Source of the DNA: a virus
IMG/VR virus record: IMGVR_UViG_3300046500_000236
Span: 1-64,000 of that record
Strand: one strand, 5' to 3'
DNA length: 64,000 nt
The notes beneath the pieces were generated by a model. That model saw only the letters and a program-made list of their open reading frames with translations. It did not search any database and was not told the origin of the DNA. Position 1 is the stretch's first letter. Each line of letters starts with the position of its first letter. A program made the translations under genes and the position numbers. This document shows, piece by piece, positions 49,118 through 56,960 of this stretch.

Positions 49118-50752
49118 TTAAACCTTGACGATGTTCTGTTGTACGACGGTGACGCGGTTGGTGCCGTCGTAGCAGATCGAGTAAGTGACGTTCATCTTCT
49201 CGAACGGCGCCGATGCGTCCGGCTCGATGGTCGCGCTATAGCAAGCGCCACCCAGCTCGGCACTCGGTTGCAGCCATCCGGCCGATTGCAGCGCGGCAAA
49301 GAAGGTGCTCAGGAAGCGCGTGGTCAGCTCGACCGCCTCGTGCATAGGCTTTTGCAGGAAGCCCTGCGCGGCAGATGCAGCGGTGTCGTCGACGTAGGTG
49401 GCCATTTCGGCAACGGCAATCAGCTTGCTCGCGCCTTCGGTCTGCGCACCGGTCAGCGAGTCGACCCAGGCGTATTTGCCGCCCGTGGAGTAGTCGCGGA
49501 AGATCACCGGATTGATGCGGGACTCGGCCAGCACTTCCAGGTCAATGTCCTCGTCCAGATCGAAAATCTGGGTAATGTTGGTACGGTTAACCGCGTAGTC
49601 ATCACCCGCGATCGGACGATTGCGCGGCGCGATGCCCTTGGCATTGGTCTGGGCGTTACGGGCGCAGCGGAAACCGGCTTGCTGGCCAGAGGTGCCCATG
49701 ATGGCCTTACCGCCCACCACCGGATTCTGCGCGCTCAATGGCGCCCAGTAAGCCTGGCTGTAGAGGCTGTCGGTACTGCCGCCCACCGAGGCGTAGAAGG
49801 TCGCCGCGGCTTCGGGGGTCAGGCGGCCCGGAACATCCCAGATCACTTGACGGTTGAGCGTTTTGCCCAGGGTCAGCAGACGCGACAGCAGCGCCACGCT
49901 TTCAGTACCGCCCGAGCACAGGTAGGTGAAGGTCGGACGCGAACGCTTGATACGGTCCAGGGCCGCATCCAGCTCGTCGTTGGTGTAGACCTGGTCGCCC
50001 TCGGTGAAGTACTTGAGGGCTTTGCTGGCGTAAACGTCCTTGTTGTCCTTGCGACCATAGAACACGGTTTCAGGTGCAACAGTGGCGCCGGCGGACACAG
50101 ACACGACTTGCAGTACGTCAGTGCCCTGCGCCACCACGTCGCCGATGTAATAGCTCTGCTTGAACTCATCCAGGGCCGTCACGTCAAGCGAGCCTTTGAA
50201 TGGGCCCAGGATCACCTTGTTGTCGATCACATCACGCAGCTGCAGGCTGATGATCTTGCTAGAAGCCTGCGCACCGTTACCGGCCTTGACTTCGTCTGCA
50301 TGAATCTCGGCGATGACGCCATCCGAGAAGCATTCCAGGTGTTTGATGGCGATCAGGTAGGCGCCGGTCGGGCCGGTTTCTTCATCCACCATGGTCCAGA
50401 CTTCGCCGCCGTCAGCAGGGACGGCAGACGCCACCATCAGCTGGTTTTTGGCCGAGGCACTGATCAGGCGCGAAACGATCGCCTGCACGGTGCCCGCCTG
50501 TAGGGCTTCATAGATGTGCACGGCAGGTTCTGCCAGCGCGCTGACAGCCAGCGAGACCGCTTGCCCCAGGGTGCGCTTGAACTTGCCCTGACTGACCGCA
50601 AATACCTTGTCGATACGCCCGCGCGGGAATCGGCCAGCGATAGCGATGTTGTGCGCTACGGTGCTGGTGCTCGGCTGTTCAGACTGATCAACGATCTGGT
50701 TAAGCTGGACGCCGGAGCGCTTGCTTACCGTTCGAGAAAATACCTGGCTCAT
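49118..50752 (-). CDS. tail-sheath-family protein
   Basis: 544 aa, colinear by eye with P2 FI. Matches: N-terminal 'GVQLNQI', then 'YWAPL', 'GTSGQQAGF', 'SRINPVIFRDYSTGGKYAWVDSLT', 'LQKPM', and C-terminal 'MNVTYSICYDG'. Confidence 0.65.
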   Translation of the reverse strand: MSQVFSRTVSKRSGVQLNQIVDQSEQPSTSTVAHNIAIAGRFPRGRIDKVFAVSQGKFKRTLGQAVSLAVSALAEPAVHIYEALQAGTVQAIVSRLISASAKNQLMVASAVPADGGEVWTMVDEETGPTGAYLIAIKHLECFSDGVIAEIHADEVKAGNGAQASSKIISLQLRDVIDNKVILGPFKGSLDVTALDEFKQSYYIGDVVAQGTDVLQVVSVSAGATVAPETVFYGRKDNKDVYASKALKYFTEGDQVYTNDELDAALDRIKRSRPTFTYLCSGGTESVALLSRLLTLGKTLNRQVIWDVPGRLTPEAAATFYASVGGSTDSLYSQAYWAPLSAQNPVVGGKAIMGTSGQQAGFRCARNAQTNAKGIAPRNRPIAGDDYAVNRTNITQIFDLDEDIDLEVLAESRINPVIFRDYSTGGKYAWVDSLTGAQTEGASKLIAVAEMATYVDDTAASAAQGFLQKPMHEAVELTTRFLSTFFAALQSAGWLQPSAELGGACYSATIEPDASAPFEKMNVTYSICYDGTNRVTVVQQNIVKV

Positions 50753-51180
50753 TACTTCTTCTCCTTGGCCACCGGGCTTTTAGGCTTGGCCGGTTCGCTG
50801 GTCGCCGTGGCATCTGCAACGGCAGGGGTTTCTACAGGCGCAGGGTCAGCGACCTCGGCGGTTGGGGTGACGACAGGAGCAGGCAGCGCAGCGGCGCCCG
50901 CTTCGGTGATGACGGCGTACTCCTCGTTTTCGTTGTTGGTACGAGTGGCGAACTCGCTCAGATCAGTGACCAGGTGCCAGGCCTGGTGGAAGCTCTGAAT
51001 CTTCACCACGTAGGTTTCGCCAGGCTTCAAGGCAGCAGGCAGACCGCTGGACGGAATCACCAGCGGCAGGATGTTGCTGTGGGTCAGCTCGACTTTGAAC
51101 GGGAATTCACGCCCTTCAATGATCGCCTCGGCCAGTGGCCGTGGGGCTTTGCCCGAATTACGGTTAATCAGTACTTTCAT
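50752..51180 (-). CDS. virion-module protein: small beta domain plus Ala/Pro/Thr-rich tail
   Basis: 142 aa. The N-terminal domain resembles the C-terminal domain of the preceding ORF. Confidence 0.6.
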   Translation of the reverse strand: MKVLINRNSGKAPRPLAEAIIEGREFPFKVELTHSNILPLVIPSSGLPAALKPGETYVVKIQSFHQAWHLVTDLSEFATRTNNENEEYAVITEAGAAALPAPVVTPTAEVADPAPVETPAVADATATSEPAKPKSPVAKEKK

Positions 51181-51946
51181 GGTTCACCTGCACGCCGCGA
51201 ACGTTGTCCCACTTGTCGAGCCGGTAGTGCGCATACAGAGAGCGGGCAAGCTTTTCATAGCTCTCTTGTGTCACTTCCATCTGGATCGATCCATCAACCG
51301 GGATGCCCTTGCCCAGCACCACGAAACGGCTCGGGGTGTTGTTGGTCAGGGTCAGAGTTGCCGGGAAATCCCAGATTTCCGGAAACTGGTATTCCTGAGA
51401 AATTACAGGCTCGACCGGAGCGTTTTCGGACTGGGTTTGCGCGGTTTCTGGGCTGTCGGCAGCGCTGGAATCAGCAGATTCGTCACTCGACTGGTCCGAG
51501 TCGCCAGCGTTATCAGCATTAGCCTCGTCCGAGCCCTGGTCGCCTGTTGGGTCATCGGTCTGACCTTCGCCGGCGTTCGGGTTGTCGTTGGCGTCCGACG
51601 GGGTCTCGGTGCCGTTTGTGGCTACGCCTTGAGCGGATACGCCCTGATCGGCTGCGTCAGCACCTTGCGCGCCGTTTGCAGCGGCGTCGGCCTGCTCAGT
51701 GGCAGAGTCGGCGGAACCGGAGTCGTCGCCAGCGCCAGCATCATCAGCAGGCTCAGACGGCCCTTCACTGTCACCCTCGCCCCCATTGCCATCCCCTTGT
51801 GGTGTTTCGCTTGCAGCACCAGAAGCCAGCGAAGTGCTGGCTTGATCCTGGGCCACAGCAGACGACGCCTGCGCGCCGTCTACTGATGCCGTCGCTGGTG
51901 CTGCCTCTGCAGCCTTGGCTTGCGCCTTGGTTGTTTTGGCAGCCAT
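51164..51946 (-). CDS. acidic low-complexity protein (scaffold/decoration candidate)
   Basis: ATG at 51946 with AAGGGGA RBS. About 190 aa of A/D/G/S/E-rich sequence, then a folded domain of about 70 aa. Confidence 0.65.
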   Translation of the reverse strand: MAAKTTKAQAKAAEAAPATASVDGAQASSAVAQDQASTSLASGAASETPQGDGNGGEGDSEGPSEPADDAGAGDDSGSADSATEQADAAANGAQGADAADQGVSAQGVATNGTETPSDANDNPNAGEGQTDDPTGDQGSDEANADNAGDSDQSSDESADSSAADSPETAQTQSENAPVEPVISQEYQFPEIWDFPATLTLTNNTPSRFVVLGKGIPVDGSIQMEVTQESYEKLARSLYAHYRLDKWDNVRGVQVNHESTD

Positions 51947-51956
51947 AAAAATCCCC

Positions 51957-53639
51957 TTACGACGCGGCAATCACGTTTTTGATGGTCAGCAGGGCGCAGC
52001 CCAGAGCCGACTGTTTGTGCGGGTTGATTTCGGTCAGGTCGCGTTTGAACAGCGCCGCGCCCGATTTGAGGTCCGAATTCACCGCCAGCGGGATCAGGGT
52101 CAGCGGGACCGCGTCGGAGAAGACGACAGGGTTACGCGCTACCTGGGCGGAACGGCCGACACACAGAATTTCGATGTCGGATTCGGTTTCCTCGACCACG
52201 TACGGGTCGTAGAACACGTCGTATTTGCCCTTGTACTTACCGATGCGGTAGATACCGGCCTTCGCCGCCACACCAGACGACACAAAGTCGGTGGAGTCCA
52301 TCGACAGGAACTGAGCCATACCGATGTCGCCGACGAACCAGAAGGACAGACCGAACTCCATGGTCTGGTTGGCCACTTCCTGGTCGACCTGTGCCGCGAA
52401 CGAGCCGAAGTCACGCCACACGGCCGCACGGGTCATGTTGATCAGGCGACCGCCTGCATCGAAGTCGTAGGTACGGTTGGTGCGTTTGGCCACACGCTTG
52501 AGCTTTTTCAGTGCAGCGATGTAACGCTCGGTCGCGGCCTGGTTGCGTGCAGCCTGTACAGCGATGGTCAGACCATCGGCGCCCAGTTCCGACTGGGTCT
52601 GGCTGCGGCTGTCCGGGGTGACTGACATCAGCACGCGGCTCGGCGCGCAATACAGGCTCCAGCTCTGGGCCTTGGTGTTGATGTACGGGGCCAGATCAGG
52701 TTTGCGCTCGAAGTCGATGAACACCTGAATCTCGACGTAGGCGCTGGCAGGCAGTGCCGGGTTGAAACCTACCGCACCTTCGCCAGTGTCAAGGTTCACG
52801 GTACCGGTGATGGCGTAGGCAGTACCGGCATCACTGACGTATTGACCAGACAGCATCGAGCTCGAAGTGCCGTTTTCGACTTCGACGCCCACGGTGAAAC
52901 CATCGATCACGACGCGGGTACGGCCGCGTAGCAGTGGAACCTGCGCACCGGCGCCGCCGATACGGGCGGTGGCCTTGAAGGTCGCGGCAGTGCGATCGCC
53001 GCCCCAGGTCACGTCCAGAATGCGCTCGGAACGGGTGTAGGCCAGGCCGCCACCGGTGCCGTCCAGGATCTTGCCTTGGGTGTAACCACCGAAGTCAGAA
53101 CCTGCGATCGCGCTGATAATCGCCAGCTTCGATTCGTTAGAGTTCAGATCGGACGGCAGGTAGGCACCGAACGGAATCGCGTCAGCCAGACCGCCAGTGA
53201 TCGCTACGGCGATACGGTTCGGCTGGTGCGACAGCGGGGTGGATGCGGCGTTGGTGCTGATACTGTCGAGGGTGTAGCCGTCCGGCAGCACCTTGGTGCT
53301 CGCGCCGTCAGCCAAGTGCTCGGCTTGGGAGATGACCGCATCGATCAATGCCGCGTCAGGCTGGAAGCCGTTACGCTGCTCATAGCGTGCGATACCGTCG
53401 AGCAGGCTGTGAACAGCCAAGCCCTTGTTGGCGTCACCGTCGATCTTGTCGAGCAGGCGAGCCATGCGGCCAGGCAGCAGGTTAGTAGCGTCTGCTACAG
53501 CGTTCTTGACTGCGCTGACCATGGCACCGTTGGTGCTGTCCAGCATGTTCCCATTTTCACGGGCCGCCCCTACAAGGGCGTCGACCTTGGCCTCGGTTTC
53601 TTCAAGGCCCCGGTCAGGCGCGTAAATGTGTCGTGGCAT
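51957..53639 (-). CDS. major capsid protein candidate
   Basis: 560 aa. The call rests on position (after the giant ORFs, before the acidic scaffold-like ORF) and general character, not on a diagnostic motif. Confidence 0.45.
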   Translation of the reverse strand: MPRHIYAPDRGLEETEAKVDALVGAARENGNMLDSTNGAMVSAVKNAVADATNLLPGRMARLLDKIDGDANKGLAVHSLLDGIARYEQRNGFQPDAALIDAVISQAEHLADGASTKVLPDGYTLDSISTNAASTPLSHQPNRIAVAITGGLADAIPFGAYLPSDLNSNESKLAIISAIAGSDFGGYTQGKILDGTGGGLAYTRSERILDVTWGGDRTAATFKATARIGGAGAQVPLLRGRTRVVIDGFTVGVEVENGTSSSMLSGQYVSDAGTAYAITGTVNLDTGEGAVGFNPALPASAYVEIQVFIDFERKPDLAPYINTKAQSWSLYCAPSRVLMSVTPDSRSQTQSELGADGLTIAVQAARNQAATERYIAALKKLKRVAKRTNRTYDFDAGGRLINMTRAAVWRDFGSFAAQVDQEVANQTMEFGLSFWFVGDIGMAQFLSMDSTDFVSSGVAAKAGIYRIGKYKGKYDVFYDPYVVEETESDIEILCVGRSAQVARNPVVFSDAVPLTLIPLAVNSDLKSGAALFKRDLTEINPHKQSALGCALLTIKNVIAAS

Positions 53640-53712
53640 TTGTGTTACCTCGTTGCTGATAAAGGGCTGCGCCCGTTTTGGTGGCGTTTCAGCAACGATG
53701 GTAAGTTTCAGA

Positions 53713-53736
53713 AAACCCCCTTTTTTGGGGGGGTTT
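53713..53736 (-). terminator. stem-loop/attenuator before the capsid-like gene
   Basis: AAACCCCC/GGGGGTTT stem. It shares 'GGGGGGTTTGCGCG' with a similar hairpin at 47144-47167. Confidence 0.4.
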
Positions 53737-53747
53737 GCGCGGTTTTT

Positions 53748-56700
53748 CTATTTCTCAATGACGACCAATCGCGCGTTCGCTCCAGTTTGCGCAAGAAGTG
53801 AGTTGTCTTGGAAAGTGCCCCCTTCCAGCGGCTCGACATCGGCGCCGTGCGAGTCCAGCCAGTCACGGAAGGCGACCGCTTTTTGGTCCTTGCCGAAGAA
53901 AACGCCCTCCCCGGCGATCGCAACCAAAGTGCCGCCGCTGGCCAGCATTCCGAAGGCGCGCATGATGTGGGCCGCATCCTGGCGATTGCTGAATGGCGGG
54001 TTCATCAAGATCGCCGGATAGGGCTCATCAGGCGTGAAGTGGTCAAAGTTGTGATCGACCACGTTGTAGCCCTTGGCGGTCAGGATGTTGCGCAGCTGGT
54101 CGGAGATTTCGATAACGTCGACCTGGCCACCGGCTGCCTTGGCCGCGTCGGCGAGATTGCCGTTGCCGGCGCTGGGCTCCAGTACCCGCATGCCGGGCTG
54201 AATGTGCGCCAGCTGCGCCATGCGCTGGGCAACGTGAGCAGGTGTAGGGAAAAAGTCGATGCCCACCTTCTGGCCGACGATGGCGCGCTCGGCCTTCTTC
54301 ACCGGATCTTCCTGGACTTTCTCCACCAGGTGGGGAATGAGCGCCTGGACTGCGGCGACAAGGCTCTGCGTGTCGGTGATACCCATGCGCGCCAGTCGGT
54401 CCGCTCGGCCGATCGCCTCCATGGGGTCCGTCAGATCCCAGCCTTCTTTCACCGCCTTGAGCTCGGCATAGGCCTTGCGGGTCAGGGCGATATCGGCGGC
54501 ATTCAGGGCAAACCGCTCAGGACCGTTACCCATCTTGACCAGGGCAGCGATCAGGCGGCTGTTCCCCTTGGCGGATTTGCGCGCCAGCGTGTCGGCCGCA
54601 CGGCTGTAACGGTTGCTCCAGGACTCGGGCCGTGGGAAGGCCAGATACTTGAGGTCGTTGTCTTCGAACGCACGCCCGCGGCGCGCATGCTTCGCCATGC
54701 CGTCCAGCTTTTCATCAGCATCGTTGATCGCTCGGCGCATGAGGCGCTGCAGCTCATCGAGCTGGGCGCGACTCGACAGCTTGGTCAGCATGCCCGCGGC
54801 GCCGACCTCGATCGAATCTGCAATACGGTTAAGGGTTTGACCAGCGGCCTTATTGGCTGCGGCTTTCTCCAATGCGTAGCCGGCCTCTCGTGACCGCTTG
54901 GCGGTGTTGGTCTTGCGATCGGCGTTCAAGCTGCCGTCTGCATCATCCACCGCCTTGTTGGCCACCTGGCGCAGTTTCTCCACCTGGTTGGCCAGCGCCT
55001 GCTTGGCGCGATCGGCGGCCAGCCGCTCAGCGGTGGCCACCGCCTCGGCTTGTTGCTCGGCGCTCATCACCACCGGCGTGGGTGCGGCCTGGATGTGTGC
55101 GGTATCGCCACCCAGGTGCTTTTCCCGGATGAAATAGCCGCCGTTCATCTTCCAGGTGTAAGGATCGATCGCTTTGGCCTGCTCGAGCGTCAGATCGGTC
55201 CGGATGATGCCGCGCAGCACCTTTTGCTTTTTGGTTGTGTACTCGATGATTTCCGGCACTGGCGCTACCGGCGCAGGCTCCTCAGTCACAGGTGCAGGCT
55301 GGTCGGTCTCACCGGTGGCTACCGGCTGTGCAGCTGTTCGAGCAGCACGCACTCGCTCAGACAAATGCGCCTCGGAGTACTCCAGCAGGTAGGCGTCGTA
55401 ACCCTCTCGATTATTGGAAACGCGCCCGCCCACCTTCGCCTCGAACTCGGCAACGCGCGCACCCGCCCAGCTGAGAAACCCATGGTTGCCGTCCTCGAAC
55501 GTCGGCAGATCCTCCAGCGTGTTCAGATATGCCTGATACACAGGATTACTAGACACGCCGGCGCCAGTGGTCTGCTCGTAGAACGCGCGTTTCTCTGCTT
55601 CCTGCTCGGCCAGTACCTTGGCCCGCTCAGCAGCATCGGCGGTAGCCTGCTCTGCCGCCTGCTGACGCTCACGCTCGGGCGCTGCCTCGCGATCGGCAGC
55701 ATTCGCTGCATTCTGGGCTTTGCGATCGGCAATCGCTTGTTGTTCGTCCTCGTAGGCCCGCACGTCATCGTCGGCAGCTGGTTCGCCGAACACGGTTTGG
55801 AATTTCTCGGGGCCCCACTCGCGCGCCATGATCCCTTTGAGGTTGGCCAGATCGCGCGCAACACCGGATGTCTCGCCCTGGTAGGTGATCGAAGCTCCAC
55901 CGCCCATTGCGCCGTGCTCATAAACAATGGCGCCGCTGGCCAGCGTCTGCGAACTGGTGGGAATGAACGTGGCCAGGCCTGCCTTGGCCTTGGGCAAAAC
56001 GATGCCGTCAGCAGTCTGGCTGACCTTGAGCCCGTCAAAATACGCGGCGGCGTAGGCTGCCAGCGCTACTGGATCACCGGACACCAGAACGGAACCATTT
56101 TTCTGTGCGGTTACGCCGGTGGCCAGCTCGGCAGCAACGGGTTCAATTTCGGACGGCTCCTCATCTTCAAGGAACAGGTTCAGCACCAGCGCGCCTACTG
56201 CATCGAGCATGACACCGCTGGAATCTTGTTCTACACTGGGGTCGAGCCGATGCCCTGAATTGTGATCAGGGGTCCGTTGGCTCGCTGGGGCGATGTCTTG
56301 CTCTGGTGGATGCCCTGAATTGTGATCAGGGGAACGTCCACTAGAATCGAGCATCGCCTTTTCTTTTGGCGGATCAATCAGCAGGTCGTAATAGAGCTGC
56401 CCGTTAGAGTCCTGTTCGACTACGACGCTTACGCTTATCTGCTCATCAGCCAACGCTACGAGACTTTTGAGGTAAAAGTAGCCAGATACGTCCGGCTTCT
56501 TGTCCTGCTTGTGGTTGTCCTCGCGCAACGCCACTTTCGCGGTTGAAATGATTTGCGCGATCGCATGCAGCAGCTTCAATTTTTTCGGGTTGGCGCTGAA
56601 TGCGATCGTTTCCTTGATGCCACGCTGCCGAATCTCGACCTGCGCCCCCAGCGCCGGGCAGTTGACCATCTGACCGCGCAGCCCTTCCAGGTAGGCCTTG

Positions 56701-56960
56701 GCGGCCGCACGCAATTCCTTCTTGCCCTCGGGCGTGTCAGGAAACTCGCCGAACTCTGTGCCCGTCAGGGCGATCGCGGGCGCCGCGGCGTCAGTGGCCC
56801 CCAGCTGAGCGCGCAGTTCCAGCACGCGGGTAGCCAGGCGCACGCTCATCAGGGGCGTCACGCCCTCCCCGGCCAGCTGCGCCCTCGCTTGCAGCAGCTC
56901 AGTGCTCAGGCGCGCTTGATCGCTCGGCGCCAGTGGGGCCGGTTGGTTCAGGTCAGTCAT
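53748..56960 (-). CDS. giant polyvalent protein with C-terminal amino (N6A/N4C) DNA methyltransferase
   Basis: 1070 aa. The C-terminal part has 'VLEPSAGNGNLA' (SAM motif I) and 'ILMNPPFS' (motif IV). The central part is long and Ala/Glu/Gln-rich. The N-terminus has a duplicated leader motif. Confidence 0.8.
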   Translation of the reverse strand: MTDLNQPAPLAPSDQARLSTELLQARAQLAGEGVTPLMSVRLATRVLELRAQLGATDAAAPAIALTGTEFGEFPDTPEGKKELRAAAKAYLEGLRGQMVNCPALGAQVEIRQRGIKETIAFSANPKKLKLLHAIAQIISTAKVALREDNHKQDKKPDVSGYFYLKSLVALADEQISVSVVVEQDSNGQLYYDLLIDPPKEKAMLDSSGRSPDHNSGHPPEQDIAPASQRTPDHNSGHRLDPSVEQDSSGVMLDAVGALVLNLFLEDEEPSEIEPVAAELATGVTAQKNGSVLVSGDPVALAAYAAAYFDGLKVSQTADGIVLPKAKAGLATFIPTSSQTLASGAIVYEHGAMGGGASITYQGETSGVARDLANLKGIMAREWGPEKFQTVFGEPAADDDVRAYEDEQQAIADRKAQNAANAADREAAPERERQQAAEQATADAAERAKVLAEQEAEKRAFYEQTTGAGVSSNPVYQAYLNTLEDLPTFEDGNHGFLSWAGARVAEFEAKVGGRVSNNREGYDAYLLEYSEAHLSERVRAARTAAQPVATGETDQPAPVTEEPAPVAPVPEIIEYTTKKQKVLRGIIRTDLTLEQAKAIDPYTWKMNGGYFIREKHLGGDTAHIQAAPTPVVMSAEQQAEAVATAERLAADRAKQALANQVEKLRQVANKAVDDADGSLNADRKTNTAKRSREAGYALEKAAANKAAGQTLNRIADSIEVGAAGMLTKLSSRAQLDELQRLMRRAINDADEKLDGMAKHARRGRAFEDNDLKYLAFPRPESWSNRYSRAADTLARKSAKGNSRLIAALVKMGNGPERFALNAADIALTRKAYAELKAVKEGWDLTDPMEAIGRADRLARMGITDTQSLVAAVQALIPHLVEKVQEDPVKKAERAIVGQKVGIDFFPTPAHVAQRMAQLAHIQPGMRVLEPSAGNGNLADAAKAAGGQVDVIEISDQLRNILTAKGYNVVDHNFDHFTPDEPYPAILMNPPFSNRQDAAHIMRAFGMLASGGTLVAIAGEGVFFGKDQKAVAFRDWLDSHGADVEPLEGGTFQDNSLLAQTGANARLVVIEK
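56249..56332. repeat. two exact 24-bp direct repeats 60 bp apart inside the 1070-aa ORF
   Basis: GATGCCCTGAATTGTGATCAGGGG at 56249-56272 and at 56309-56332. In frame they encode '(S/T)PDHNSGH' twice. Each copy holds a CCCTGA/TCAGGG dyad. Confidence 0.85.

Noticed and set aside
49118-50752. The sheath-like gene as part of a T6SS or tailocin locus.
   Set aside because: There is no TssB/TssC pair, Hcp, VgrG or ClpV-like gene. The gene is embedded between capsid-like and lysis genes of a phage that has terminase genes.
56249-56332. The direct repeats with an internal dyad as a possible mini-CRISPR array.
   Set aside because: There are only two copies. They are in frame inside a long ORF, no cas genes are present and there is no AT-rich leader.
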